Shown one piece after another: positions 35,501-44,839 of a DNA stretch of 59,189 nucleotides. Each line of letters begins with the position of its first letter. Positions within the stretch are counted from its first letter, which is position 1. The notes under the pieces were generated by a model. The model did no database searches. It was not told the DNA's origin and worked only from the letters and a program-made list of their open reading frames with translations. The stretch is from positions 1 to 59,189 of the forward strand of contig JBKHJA010000001.1 in NCBI GenBank assembly GCA_046538375.1, written 5' to 3'. The translations under genes were made by a program, and so were the position numbers. This DNA is from Candidatus Aminicenantes bacterium (lineage in GTDB: Bacteria; Acidobacteriota; Aminicenantia; Aminicenantales; Aminicenantaceae).

Positions 35501-35576
35501 TATAGATATATATGTTGATTGAAAGGGGTGAGGGATGGGGGGTTCCAAGGGGATATGCTTACCACGCTGAGGTTCC
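35501..35576. repeat. intergenic repeat family copy C (G-rich orientation)
   Basis: tatagatatatatgttgattgaaaggggtgagggatggggggt, followed by ...accacgctga..ttcc. This parallels the left arm of the 53-kb element (gggtaagggatggggggt...cagcacgctgattttcc). Confidence 0.75.
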
Positions 35577-35656
35577 TTTTGACCTTATGAATTTGGAGTG
35601 ATATAAACCTGATAAGAGCTAATCGCTCTTCATCGAAAAGAGAGGAGGATATCAAT

Positions 35657-37249
35657 ATGGGTCATCGTTCAAAGATTTATGCAGAGAAAAAACATCTTTC
35701 GCCGATGAGAAAGGTTTTAAGGATCAAAGTGTTCTTGATGGCACCTTTTTTCTTTCTTATTTTTCATTGTGCAGCCGGATGCCAGGGAGTAGATAAAAAT
35801 AAAGAAGACATAAGAATTGCCGTGGCCAGATTTTCCCATGAGACCTGCACTTTTTGTCCCCAGCCCACCACCGTCGAGGATTGGGAATACTATGGTCCGC
35901 CCACCCGTGATATTGTGGATACCAACAGGGGATACATAGGGGGCTTTAAAAACATGTGCCAGGAGTATGGAGGCGTTGAGCTGGTGGGGATCATTTCACC
36001 TCGAGGGGCCAGGGGAGGTTCTTCGGGAAGCTGGAACACCAGAGAGGTTTTTGAAAAATACTCTAACCTCATCATCGAAGATCTGAAGGAGTTAGGCCTC
36101 TTTGATGGGATTTTTCTTTCACTCCATGGAGCCATGGCTGTGGAGGGCATCCCCAAGCCTGAAGCTGAGCTGGTGCGAAGAGTGCGGAAAGCAGTGGGTG
36201 ATATCCCCATCATGATCACCTTGGACCTTCATGCCAACGAAGATCACCAGCTTTCCGATGCTGCTGATGGGGTGTTCATTGTCAAGAGGTATCCCCATTA
36301 CGATACCTTTCTTCAAGGAGAGAGGGCAGCCCGGGTGATGATCAACACCATCCGCGGCAGTTATCAGCCCTGTATGGCCACCCGAAAGCCAGGAGTGATC
36401 ACTCCCAGTGTTTATCAGGGGACAGGTGTCTCTCCGGCCATGGATATCATGGAGCGGGCCCGCCGGTGGGAATGCCGGTATCCCGGTGTCTATGTGTCTG
36501 TGGCTTTCGGATTCGCTTATGCTGATGTCCCTGATGTGGGAGCCACGGTCATGGTGGTGGCCGACAGCGACCAGGAACTGGCTGACCGGATTGCTGATGA
36601 TATGTCTGACTACATCTGGAGGATGAGGGAAGAGTTTGCCGGGAAAAAGCTTCCCCAGACCAAACAAGGAGTGGCTCTAGCCATCCAGGCCGTAGAAGCT
36701 GGGAAAACTCCTGTGGTGATCGCTGATCACAGCGACAGAACCGGTGGATCCACCCACATCCTGGAAGAGTTGATCAGCCAAGGCGCCAGGAATTTCTGCA
36801 TAGCCACTCTCCGGGACGAAAAAGCGATCCAGAGGATAAAAAAGACAGCGAAGGTGGGTGAAAAGATCACCATCCATGTGGGCGGATATACGGACAAATT
36901 TGCTGGAAATCCAGTGAGGATTGAAGGAACCGTTGAGTTTCTCGGAGATTATGGACAGAGGGGAACTGTGGCCGTGCTTCTTTTTGGCGAAAACAACCGT
37001 ATCATACTCACGCCTCAGCTCACCCAGGTGACCACCCCTGATTTTCTGGATCCTCTGGATATAGACATCAAAGACCTGGATATCATTGTGCTAAAGTCCC
37101 GGGTCCACTTCAGGAGAGGATTTTATGAAACCGGTTTGGCCGGGGCCATCTTTGAGGTGGACGCGCCAGGATGGGGTCCTGCCGATTTGAGCACTCTTCC
37201 TTATAAAAATATTCCCAAGGATATTTATCCTGTGTACAAGAAGGACTGA
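35657..37249 (+). CDS. M81-family (MlrC-like) metallopeptidase, lipoprotein
   Basis: 530-aa ORF with a GAGGAGGA Shine-Dalgarno and a lipobox HCAAGCQG. IRIAVARFSHETCTF is the characteristic MlrC N-terminal motif, followed by LSLHGAM and LDLHAN. Confidence 0.82.
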   Translation: MGHRSKIYAEKKHLSPMRKVLRIKVFLMAPFFFLIFHCAAGCQGVDKNKEDIRIAVARFSHETCTFCPQPTTVEDWEYYGPPTRDIVDTNRGYIGGFKNMCQEYGGVELVGIISPRGARGGSSGSWNTREVFEKYSNLIIEDLKELGLFDGIFLSLHGAMAVEGIPKPEAELVRRVRKAVGDIPIMITLDLHANEDHQLSDAADGVFIVKRYPHYDTFLQGERAARVMINTIRGSYQPCMATRKPGVITPSVYQGTGVSPAMDIMERARRWECRYPGVYVSVAFGFAYADVPDVGATVMVVADSDQELADRIADDMSDYIWRMREEFAGKKLPQTKQGVALAIQAVEAGKTPVVIADHSDRTGGSTHILEELISQGARNFCIATLRDEKAIQRIKKTAKVGEKITIHVGGYTDKFAGNPVRIEGTVEFLGDYGQRGTVAVLLFGENNRIILTPQLTQVTTPDFLDPLDIDIKDLDIIVLKSRVHFRRGFYETGLAGAIFEVDAPGWGPADLSTLPYKNIPKDIYPVYKKD

Positions 37250-37311
37250 CCCTTAAATCGCCATTTTTGCGTATTGATGTGGATATGTGATTCCCATGCT
37301 GAGGTCAGCTA

Positions 37312-39267
37312 TTAAAATTGAAAGCCCAGCAGATTCCAGTAATAAAGAAACCACATAAAGACCGCCGCTGCCAGTAACACCAGGGTGTAATGCACCCTGG
37401 CGCATCCCAGCCAGTACCTGTTTTTCCAGGCGAAGATGGTAAAGATTAAAGTCCCTACTCCCAGAACGATAGAAATAATGGGAATAACAAGAAATACTTT
37501 TAACAGAGTAGGAACGCCGTAGGAGACCTGCATGGGATCGCTGAGAGTGGCTACTAATCCGATTAGAAACAGCACATTCAACATGCTCATAGACCCTGCC
37601 AGCCAGCGGGCTGTCTTGGGCTCATCTCTTTTCTCTTTTCGACGCCTGCACACCACCCTGTACAAAGCTCCGATGGGCCATCCCAGGGTGGACAAAAATA
37701 GAATGACACACACGGCCAGCAATATGTAGTGAAAAACAGGAGCCTGGTACCATTTTAATTTGTAGAAAGCAAAGTAGGGTATCTGGTTTAAATAAGCATG
37801 GGTGATATGGCCTTCCGCATCTTCTTTAAACAGAAGAATATCCTGCCCGTCCAGTTCATGGAAAACCAGAGGTTCTACCTCCACCCACTGTTTGCCTCCT
37901 CCCAATTCTTTGGGTAAAGGAAGCAGCAGGGTACCCTCATCGGTCGCTTTAAATTTGAAGGCAGAAAAGAGATTGGCTACTTTTTCGTAAGTGGTAAACA
38001 CACTCCTGGTCATCCCGTAGCTTCCTGTATATCGTCCTGCCCTCTTCTTGAAGTCAGCTGGGGGCTCAGGCTCGGGAACTTCAGGAACAGGATAGTAGCG
38101 GTCCAGAAAAGCCTGCAGAAGTTCCTCCCGAGGTGTTCCTGCTCCTCCCTGACTGTTGTAAGAGACAAATAAGCCCACATTTTTTCCAGGGATGAGCATG
38201 AGGTCTGTATGAAAATACCTGGTGTCCCCTCCATGGCCGATCATCCTCAGATTATTCTGGGTCCTTTCCCAGAAGCCGTGGGCATTGCCGTCCAAGCGGG
38301 AATCGGCGGAAAAAAGCTGAGAGTGCATCAGTTTTGCTGTTTCTTCTTTTAATATTCTTTTTTCTCCATATTTTCCGTTCTGGAGATGGGCAATCATGAA
38401 CTTGGCCATATCCGTTGCTGTGGTGCTCATCGAACCTGCCGGGGCCATGCCGTTGATCAGCCAAAAATCCTTGGCCTTAAAAAGCCCATTCTTATGGATA
38501 TAACCTTTGGACATATGATCTGCTAATTTTTCAGGAAGGGGCTGGCGGAAAGTGCTCATGTTCATATCCAGAGGCTTGTAGATATTTTCCTCCACGTATT
38601 GTTGGAAAGGCATTCCTGATGCTATTTCCACGATATACCCGGCCAGGGCCGTTCCGTAGTTGGAGTAGGCTGTGATTTTGCCGGGGGGGTAAATCCTGGC
38701 AGGCATGTGGTTGGCTAAAAATTCGCCAAGGGATTCCAGGTCTTCGGCTGTGCGGGCTGACATTCCTGTCCACACATCTTCGAAACCCGGAGTGTGTGTC
38801 AGGAGGTGAGTCAGGGTGATGGAGTCAGGATAGGTTTCTGGAATTTTAAAATCTTCCAGGTAAGTGTTCACATCTGTGTTTAAATCGAGCTTGCCCTGCT
38901 CGAAGAGCTGCATCACCGCGGTCCAGGTGAAAAGTTTGGATGCCGAACCGGGCCGGAATAAGGTCTTATCAGCTTCCACAGGCTTTTTCTTCTCCACATC
39001 CGCATAGCCGTATCCCTTGGCGAAGAAAATTTCTCCATCCTTAACCAGAGAAAAGGCGGCTCCAGCGATATGATGGGAAGCCATGTGAGCGGACATGATG
39101 CCGTCGATAAAAGTTTCCAGTTCATCAGGGTCGATAAGTCCAGATGGAGGATAGATTTCTTGTTCAGTTTCTCCTGCTTCAGGCCTGCTTTCTTGAGCAA
39201 GGGGGGTCAGGGGAATGAGCCAAAAGATGAACAGGAACACAGAGATGGCGTGGATAAATTTTTTCAT
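37312..39267 (-). CDS. serine hydrolase (beta-lactamase/DD-peptidase fold) with C-terminal four-helix membrane anchor
   Basis: 651-aa ORF with a signal peptide. Canonical motifs are SxxK (GSASKLFT), YxN (YSNYG) and HxG (GHGGDT). The last ~150 aa contain four hydrophobic helices. Confidence 0.88.
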   Translation of the reverse strand: MKKFIHAISVFLFIFWLIPLTPLAQESRPEAGETEQEIYPPSGLIDPDELETFIDGIMSAHMASHHIAGAAFSLVKDGEIFFAKGYGYADVEKKKPVEADKTLFRPGSASKLFTWTAVMQLFEQGKLDLNTDVNTYLEDFKIPETYPDSITLTHLLTHTPGFEDVWTGMSARTAEDLESLGEFLANHMPARIYPPGKITAYSNYGTALAGYIVEIASGMPFQQYVEENIYKPLDMNMSTFRQPLPEKLADHMSKGYIHKNGLFKAKDFWLINGMAPAGSMSTTATDMAKFMIAHLQNGKYGEKRILKEETAKLMHSQLFSADSRLDGNAHGFWERTQNNLRMIGHGGDTRYFHTDLMLIPGKNVGLFVSYNSQGGAGTPREELLQAFLDRYYPVPEVPEPEPPADFKKRAGRYTGSYGMTRSVFTTYEKVANLFSAFKFKATDEGTLLLPLPKELGGGKQWVEVEPLVFHELDGQDILLFKEDAEGHITHAYLNQIPYFAFYKLKWYQAPVFHYILLAVCVILFLSTLGWPIGALYRVVCRRRKEKRDEPKTARWLAGSMSMLNVLFLIGLVATLSDPMQVSYGVPTLLKVFLVIPIISIVLGVGTLIFTIFAWKNRYWLGCARVHYTLVLLAAAVFMWFLYYWNLLGFQF

Positions 39268-39300
39268 TTTGCCTCCTTTATATGGGAAAAAAAGCAGAGT

Positions 39301-40260
39301 TCAGACTGCCAACTCACTATGGGACAACTCTTTGTTTTTGATTTGTTTTTTCAGCTCTTCGATCATGGCCTGAATCTGATCGGCTTCGGGCGCATCAGGT
39401 TCCAGACTTAAAAACTGCTCAAAATAATGAATGGCATCTTCATGTTCGCCTTTTTTGATCAGGGTCAGCCCTGCTTGATAATAGGCGGATGAAAACCCAG
39501 GATCCAACTGGATGGTCTTCTTAAAAGAAGCCAGAGCTTCTTCCAGTTTATCATATTTGTAATAGGTGATGCCCAGGTTGTAGTGGGCCTGGGGATTATC
39601 GGGCTGTATTTCTATGGCTCGGGAGAAAATTTCCTTAGCTTTTTCGTTTTCCCCTTTGCTGAAATAGCTTTCTCCCAGAGCAAAATAGACTTCTACCACC
39701 TCTGGATTCAATTCTACAGCTTTCTCTAAAACCGTAATGGCCTGATCGATCTCTCCTTTCCTGAGATAGGTTAGGCCCAGATTGTAATGGGCTGATAGGT
39801 TACCGGGGAATTTTTCGATGACTTTTTTAAAACAGGCAACCGCTTGATCGTACTGACCCTGCTCAAAGAACTCTATTCCAGCGGCCAAATCTCTGTCCTC
39901 ATCTATGCTGGGGGGGATTTTTTCCAGTTTTATATTTAATTGTTCTTCCTGGCCAAACCTGATTCTGGCCTGAGACTGTAGAGTGTAATAGCCTTCCAGT
40001 TCCACGGTAATCTGGTAGACAGTTGGAGGTATGCCCACTTTGATAAATTTTCCATTCTTGTCAGATTTCAGGTTAAATTTGAGCCCTCGAGCTGGATCCA
40101 AAAAGGTGATTTTGGCCTCTTCCAAAGGATTTCCCTCCTGGTCAGTGACCGTCCCTCTGACCACCGTCTCTTGACCTGGACTCACATTAGGAACAGCCGA
40201 CATAAAAATAAGGAATGCCAGGGTGGTTAAAATTTTAAGCGATGATTGACTGAGACTCAT
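39301..40260 (-). CDS. TPR-repeat protein with N-terminal carboxypeptidase-regulatory-like (Ig-like) domain
   Basis: 319-aa ORF with a signal peptide. VVRGTVTDQEGNPLEEAKITF...DKNGKF...Y.ITVELEGYY is followed by about five TPR units (AHYNLGLTY, VYFALGESY, AHYNLGITY, AYYQAGLTL). Confidence 0.8.
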   Translation of the reverse strand: MSLSQSSLKILTTLAFLIFMSAVPNVSPGQETVVRGTVTDQEGNPLEEAKITFLDPARGLKFNLKSDKNGKFIKVGIPPTVYQITVELEGYYTLQSQARIRFGQEEQLNIKLEKIPPSIDEDRDLAAGIEFFEQGQYDQAVACFKKVIEKFPGNLSAHYNLGLTYLRKGEIDQAITVLEKAVELNPEVVEVYFALGESYFSKGENEKAKEIFSRAIEIQPDNPQAHYNLGITYYKYDKLEEALASFKKTIQLDPGFSSAYYQAGLTLIKKGEHEDAIHYFEQFLSLEPDAPEADQIQAMIEELKKQIKNKELSHSELAV

Positions 40261-40270
40261 CTGTTTCTCC

Positions 40271-41779
40271 TTAAGATTGTTCTTCTGCGACTACTCTTCC
40301 GCTCACAGAAAACGGATTATCTTTGATTTTGACTTTTCCTGAATTTCGGTCAGTGACTTTTATCCTTAAAAGATATGATCCTGGCTTGAAATTTTTGAGT
40401 CTAAAAGAAGACCGGATGCTGCAGTCTTCCTCAGAGGTTGGTTTTGACTCAGGGGAGGGAACCCGGGCCAGCAGTTTTTCATCATGCAAAAAGGAGTATT
40501 CGATTTGAAAATCATTTAGGCCTGTTTCGGGGCTAAGGGTTAAATTATAAACCTCGAAATAAACGGTCATTTCCTCATCAGGACGGAAATTATGGGTGAT
40601 TTTTGTGGAAATTTCTTTCTCGCCCTGTGAAGCGGCTTTTATCCCATTTGTTATTTTCTCCGAGGAAAGAAGTATATCGCTTATAGTCAATTCTTGGCTG
40701 CTGAAGGAGGGGACCGAGAACTCTTGGTGTACAGTTCCGATCTTTCCGCTGAAATTGTCCAGAACCAGAAGGTGGATTTTGTAGGATTCAGGTTGGAGGG
40801 AGAGAGAGGTCTGAAACTGATAGGCTTCCTGCGACAAAGAATCGATCTCTGAGGCTTTATGCTTTAGATTTATATCTCTGCTTTTCTCAAAGATGATTTG
40901 GCCCAGTTTGTTGCTCACTTCTATCAATACGGTTAAAGAAAAGTAATATTCGCCTTCTATTTCTTTTTGGGTAAGAGCAGAATAGGGGATTTCAATGGCT
41001 AGGGGGATATGGGTCCTTTTTTGAGGACCTTTCAAATAAAAAACATCATATTGGAGAGGAATATGATCGTAGGTGACCTGGGTGGTGATGATTCCCCGCA
41101 GCTTGTCCAGATCCTCAAAAGGATTTCTGGTGGCTTCGGCCATTATTTCCATATAGTCAAATTGAGAGTGCATAGAGTCAATATCAAAATGGGTGCTTCC
41201 TGCATCTCCCAATTTCAGACTTCTCTCCAGAACATAATTTCCGGTTCCCAGTTTGTCCACAAAAACAAATTCCAGGTTATAAGGGAGCCTGGGATTGGGA
41301 AGCCCCCAGTAGTTCCACACCTCTCTGGGACCGTGAAATCCGTGAAAGGCTGAGCCAGAAGGGCTCATGTCCCGCTGAATCTCGTTGGGAGGCCCCAGCA
41401 GGATATAAATCTTGCCCCTATCCGTACGCCAGCCATCAATACCAGAGGCTCCGAAGAATTTATTGGCCAGGGCTATCCTCTTGTAATATTCAAGCTTGAA
41501 TTCATTCTCCGCTGTATTTGGATCAGGATCTCTTTTTTTCCAGAAATTATGGATGAATTTTCCCCGCTCTTCTTCGGTGGGAAGATTGATGAAGATTTTC
41601 TTTTCCACATCCGTGATGATATAAGGGACCACTTCTTCCAGCCACTGCTTGGACCATTGGCTCAGAGGTTCAATCTTTTTTTCCTCTGATGATGATGCCT
41701 GCTGGCTGAAGCCTGGTTGTAGAGGGAGCCATAAAATCAAAAAGAAGAAGAGGAGAGGTGAAATTTTTCTTTGAATCAT
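40271..41779 (-). CDS. GWxTD domain-containing protein, exported
   Basis: It contains GIDGWRTDRGKIYILLGPP (GWxTD motif). The track starts at TTG 41833, but that region reads like a promoter (TTGATT-N18-TATAAT at 41804..41809). ATG 41779 gives a signal peptide MIQRKISPLLFFFLILWLPLQPGFS. Confidence 0.8.
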   Translation of the reverse strand: MIQRKISPLLFFFLILWLPLQPGFSQQASSSEEKKIEPLSQWSKQWLEEVVPYIITDVEKKIFINLPTEEERGKFIHNFWKKRDPDPNTAENEFKLEYYKRIALANKFFGASGIDGWRTDRGKIYILLGPPNEIQRDMSPSGSAFHGFHGPREVWNYWGLPNPRLPYNLEFVFVDKLGTGNYVLERSLKLGDAGSTHFDIDSMHSQFDYMEIMAEATRNPFEDLDKLRGIITTQVTYDHIPLQYDVFYLKGPQKRTHIPLAIEIPYSALTQKEIEGEYYFSLTVLIEVSNKLGQIIFEKSRDINLKHKASEIDSLSQEAYQFQTSLSLQPESYKIHLLVLDNFSGKIGTVHQEFSVPSFSSQELTISDILLSSEKITNGIKAASQGEKEISTKITHNFRPDEEMTVYFEVYNLTLSPETGLNDFQIEYSFLHDEKLLARVPSPESKPTSEEDCSIRSSFRLKNFKPGSYLLRIKVTDRNSGKVKIKDNPFSVSGRVVAEEQS

Positions 41780-42004
41780 AATAGGATTTTTGATTGAAAC
41801 CTTATTATAATGGAGATGAAGGTGTCGAATCAAATCACCTGAAACCGTAGAGAAGAGGAAAATTGATGAAGTAAGAATCTCACCTTATGTGAAAGATGTT
41901 ACGGCATGCACATGGAATTGCGGAAATGAATCCAGCTGGATGAAGTCGCAGGGTTTATTTCAACAATTTTCTTTGGCCTTATCCCTCCATTCGTTTGGTG
42001 ATGG

Positions 42005-42053
42005 ACAAAGAGAAAAGAAGAGGGAATTTCTGATGGAGAAAATTCCCTCTTCT
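42005..42053 (-). terminator. intrinsic terminator after the TonB-dependent receptor gene
   Basis: The minus strand reads AGAAGAGGGAATTT-TCTCCATCAG-AAATTCCCTCTTCT, a perfect 14-bp stem (42040..42053 / 42016..42029), followed by TTTTCTCTTT. It begins 27 nt after the stop codon at 42081. Confidence 0.8.
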
Positions 42054-42080
42054 GAGATTCTGCTATTTGGCCTTACCGAG

Positions 42081-44756
42081 TTAGTAATCGATGCGTACGC
42101 CGAACTGGAAGCGTCTTGGGGATCCTGCGACGGTCGGATTTCCGAAATCAAGTGTATCATATCGGAAGAAAACATCCTGGAAGTTGTTCCTGTTGGTTAC
42201 ATTGTAGATCTCGCCAAAGAGCTGGAGGCGGAACCGACTGATTTGGATGAACTTAGAAGTTCTCACGTTGAGATAGAATTGGTCAAATCCCCGCCTGGCA
42301 TTGCGGTGTTCGTCGACTAAATCCCAGTTCTTTCCGTCCAGGTTGATGTCGGTTTTGTAGAAGGCGCTCCAGGGAAGGGCAGATCTGTAGTAGGCAAGCC
42401 CGCTGAGCTGGAAACCCAAAGGCAGATCCACGATACCCATCACGGCCAACCTGTGGGTGGCATCATAATTGTTCGGACCGTACATCTTCTCCCAGCGGTC
42501 AGGCTCATTGTCGTAGGTTCCAGTCTGTTCGGTCTCCACATCTGACCAGGACCGGCTCAGAGTGTAAGCGATATCCAGAGACCAGCCGTGGGAGTACCTT
42601 TTGGACAAGGTAACATACAGGGCCTTGTAATCGCTCTGGCCGTTCATCCTGAAGACATAGATATCTGCCTTGGACATATCCGGGCGCAAATATCCGGTAC
42701 CCGGAATAACAGCGTTGTCGTTTTCAATCCGGCTGAACTTGTGCCCTCTGGACCAGACCAGGTCAAAGGCAACGGAAAAATCGGTGATGAATTCCCTCTG
42801 GAAGCCCAGAGTGGTCTGGACAGTGTAGGGAGCCACAGAATCTGGCTCACCCTTGTATTTGGTGAGCGGGGGTTCCATGGAAGGCCCGGAAATAAAAGGA
42901 TTAGGCACAGAAGGATCAGGATAACCGGGAAAAAAGATGTACTGGATAACCAGCTGGTCCATGATCCCGATGAGAAGCCCCAGGTTCAACTGAGGATTCT
43001 GGGAGTAGGTCCCGATCCCGCCTCTGATGGCTGTCCTTCCGTCTCCGATGGGGTCGAAGCTGAAGCCGAAGCGGGGGTTGAAGTGGCGGATGTTGGTGTT
43101 ATCAATATCTATGAATTGGACGGTGTAATAGTTGTACCTTAGCCCGAAGTTGAGGGTTAACCGCTGGGAAACTTTCCAGGAATCCTGGGCAAAGATTCCC
43201 ACCTCCCAGTAAGGGCTGTCGACATCAGCGACTTGGGGAGATTTGATGAGGAGCAGGGGATAGGTGGCGGGATTGGCTGGATCAAAGGGCTCGTCTGTGG
43301 TGAAAACATAATAACCAGGGATGTACTGGTTCACATAGCCACCCAGCCAGACATAGGAGGCATCAATCCCGAACTTTATGCTGTGGTCTCCCAGAAAGAG
43401 GCTTAAATTGTCCACGAACTGGTACCGGTTTTCTGCGATTTCCTGAGGGAGGTTTCCGAAAGCACCGAAGTAGCCCGAGGGTCTCTGGATAAAATAACTG
43501 TCGTCATCATAGGGCGAATGGTAGCCGTACCAGTTTCGGGAAAAGAATGCTCTGACCTCGTTCATGGAGTTATCAGAGGGATAGTAGGTCCAGTTGAACT
43601 GAAACTCGTGGGTGTATTCATTGTGGTTGAAGCTTGTCGATTTTGTGAACATTCCACCATAGCAGAAATCATTGAGGTCCGGTTTGTCCAAGGTGTAACG
43701 GAAGAAAATAAGGTTTTTTTCGCTGAACTGGTAGTTGAATTTGGCTAAAATCTGGTTCCGGGTTTGATCATAAGGTATGGTTTCTTTGGGGACCAGAGGA
43801 GAAGTGATGGTGTTGTACTCCGTATGAGAAACGCCTTCATAAAGAAGGAAGAAGTGGGCCTTATCTTTCTTGAGCGGCCCCCCGATGAAACCTGAATAGT
43901 TGTAGTGGTCAAAAGGTGCTTTTTCGTACTCGTCTTTGCTTAGTTCTCGGCCTTCATACTTTTCATGCTTGACAAAGTAATTCACATCATCAAACACCTC
44001 ATCACGGTAGAAAAAAGCCAGCCGTCCACGAAAATCGTTTGTTCCTGAGCGGGTGATGGCGCTGCGGATCATGCCGCTGGCATTCCCGTATTCGGCCTCG
44101 TACTGGTTGGTCATGACCCGGAATTCCTGGATGGCATCAGCCGGAATCTGTGACCGGGTGGTGTTTCTTCCTACCCATTCGTTGGAGATTCCGTCGGTCA
44201 GAATCTCTTCACTTCCCAGGGGCTGGGCATTGGAGCGAGAACCAGCCGTGCCTGCTTTTATGAGAGTCAGATCACCGAAATCTCGATCCAAAAGCGGCAG
44301 TGAGTCGATTTTTACCCGATCCACCACAGCACTGACCTCAGATTTGGTCACCTCCACCATGGGCGATTCAGCGGTAACAGTCACTTCTTCCTCTAGAGCT
44401 GCCGGAGATAAAGTGAAATCAATGGTCAATCGTGCTCCCACACTGAAGCTCATTCCTTTTTTGGTTTTGGTGGTGAATCCAGCCAGACTGACTTCTATTT
44501 CATATTTTCCTGGCTGGAGTCCGGAGATGATATACCGTCCATCAGGTTGAGTGGTGGTGCTTTTTGTGTAACCTGTTTCTGTGTTCCGAGTAGTGACGCT
44601 GGCTCCTGGCAAAAATGCTCCCTCCTCATCGGTGACTGTTCCCTGCACTGTAACCAAGGTGGTTTGGGCGATGGATTTTCCGTTCATAAGAAAGCAAGCA
44701 GCAAGGATAAAGGTTAGACAGAGTAAGATGTTTTTTGCTTGCTTGAAATGATTCAT
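42081..44756 (-). CDS. TonB-dependent receptor-like outer-membrane protein with N-terminal carboxypeptidase-regulatory-like domain
   Basis: 891-aa ORF with a signal peptide. VQGTVTDEEGAFLPGASVTT...DGRYIISGLQPGKYEIEVSLAGF is followed by a plug-like segment (VTVTAESPMVEV...IDSLPLLDRDF) and a long beta-barrel region ending in the aromatic terminus FGVRIDY. Confidence 0.85.
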   Translation of the reverse strand: MNHFKQAKNILLCLTFILAACFLMNGKSIAQTTLVTVQGTVTDEEGAFLPGASVTTRNTETGYTKSTTTQPDGRYIISGLQPGKYEIEVSLAGFTTKTKKGMSFSVGARLTIDFTLSPAALEEEVTVTAESPMVEVTKSEVSAVVDRVKIDSLPLLDRDFGDLTLIKAGTAGSRSNAQPLGSEEILTDGISNEWVGRNTTRSQIPADAIQEFRVMTNQYEAEYGNASGMIRSAITRSGTNDFRGRLAFFYRDEVFDDVNYFVKHEKYEGRELSKDEYEKAPFDHYNYSGFIGGPLKKDKAHFFLLYEGVSHTEYNTITSPLVPKETIPYDQTRNQILAKFNYQFSEKNLIFFRYTLDKPDLNDFCYGGMFTKSTSFNHNEYTHEFQFNWTYYPSDNSMNEVRAFFSRNWYGYHSPYDDDSYFIQRPSGYFGAFGNLPQEIAENRYQFVDNLSLFLGDHSIKFGIDASYVWLGGYVNQYIPGYYVFTTDEPFDPANPATYPLLLIKSPQVADVDSPYWEVGIFAQDSWKVSQRLTLNFGLRYNYYTVQFIDIDNTNIRHFNPRFGFSFDPIGDGRTAIRGGIGTYSQNPQLNLGLLIGIMDQLVIQYIFFPGYPDPSVPNPFISGPSMEPPLTKYKGEPDSVAPYTVQTTLGFQREFITDFSVAFDLVWSRGHKFSRIENDNAVIPGTGYLRPDMSKADIYVFRMNGQSDYKALYVTLSKRYSHGWSLDIAYTLSRSWSDVETEQTGTYDNEPDRWEKMYGPNNYDATHRLAVMGIVDLPLGFQLSGLAYYRSALPWSAFYKTDINLDGKNWDLVDEHRNARRGFDQFYLNVRTSKFIQISRFRLQLFGEIYNVTNRNNFQDVFFRYDTLDFGNPTVAGSPRRFQFGVRIDY

Positions 44757-44839
44757 TGATCCCCTCCTTCTAATAATAATTTTTCTTTTCTTGATTGAAT
44801 CGTCTCCTCAAATTATCCTTTTTCTATCACCTCCTTTCT

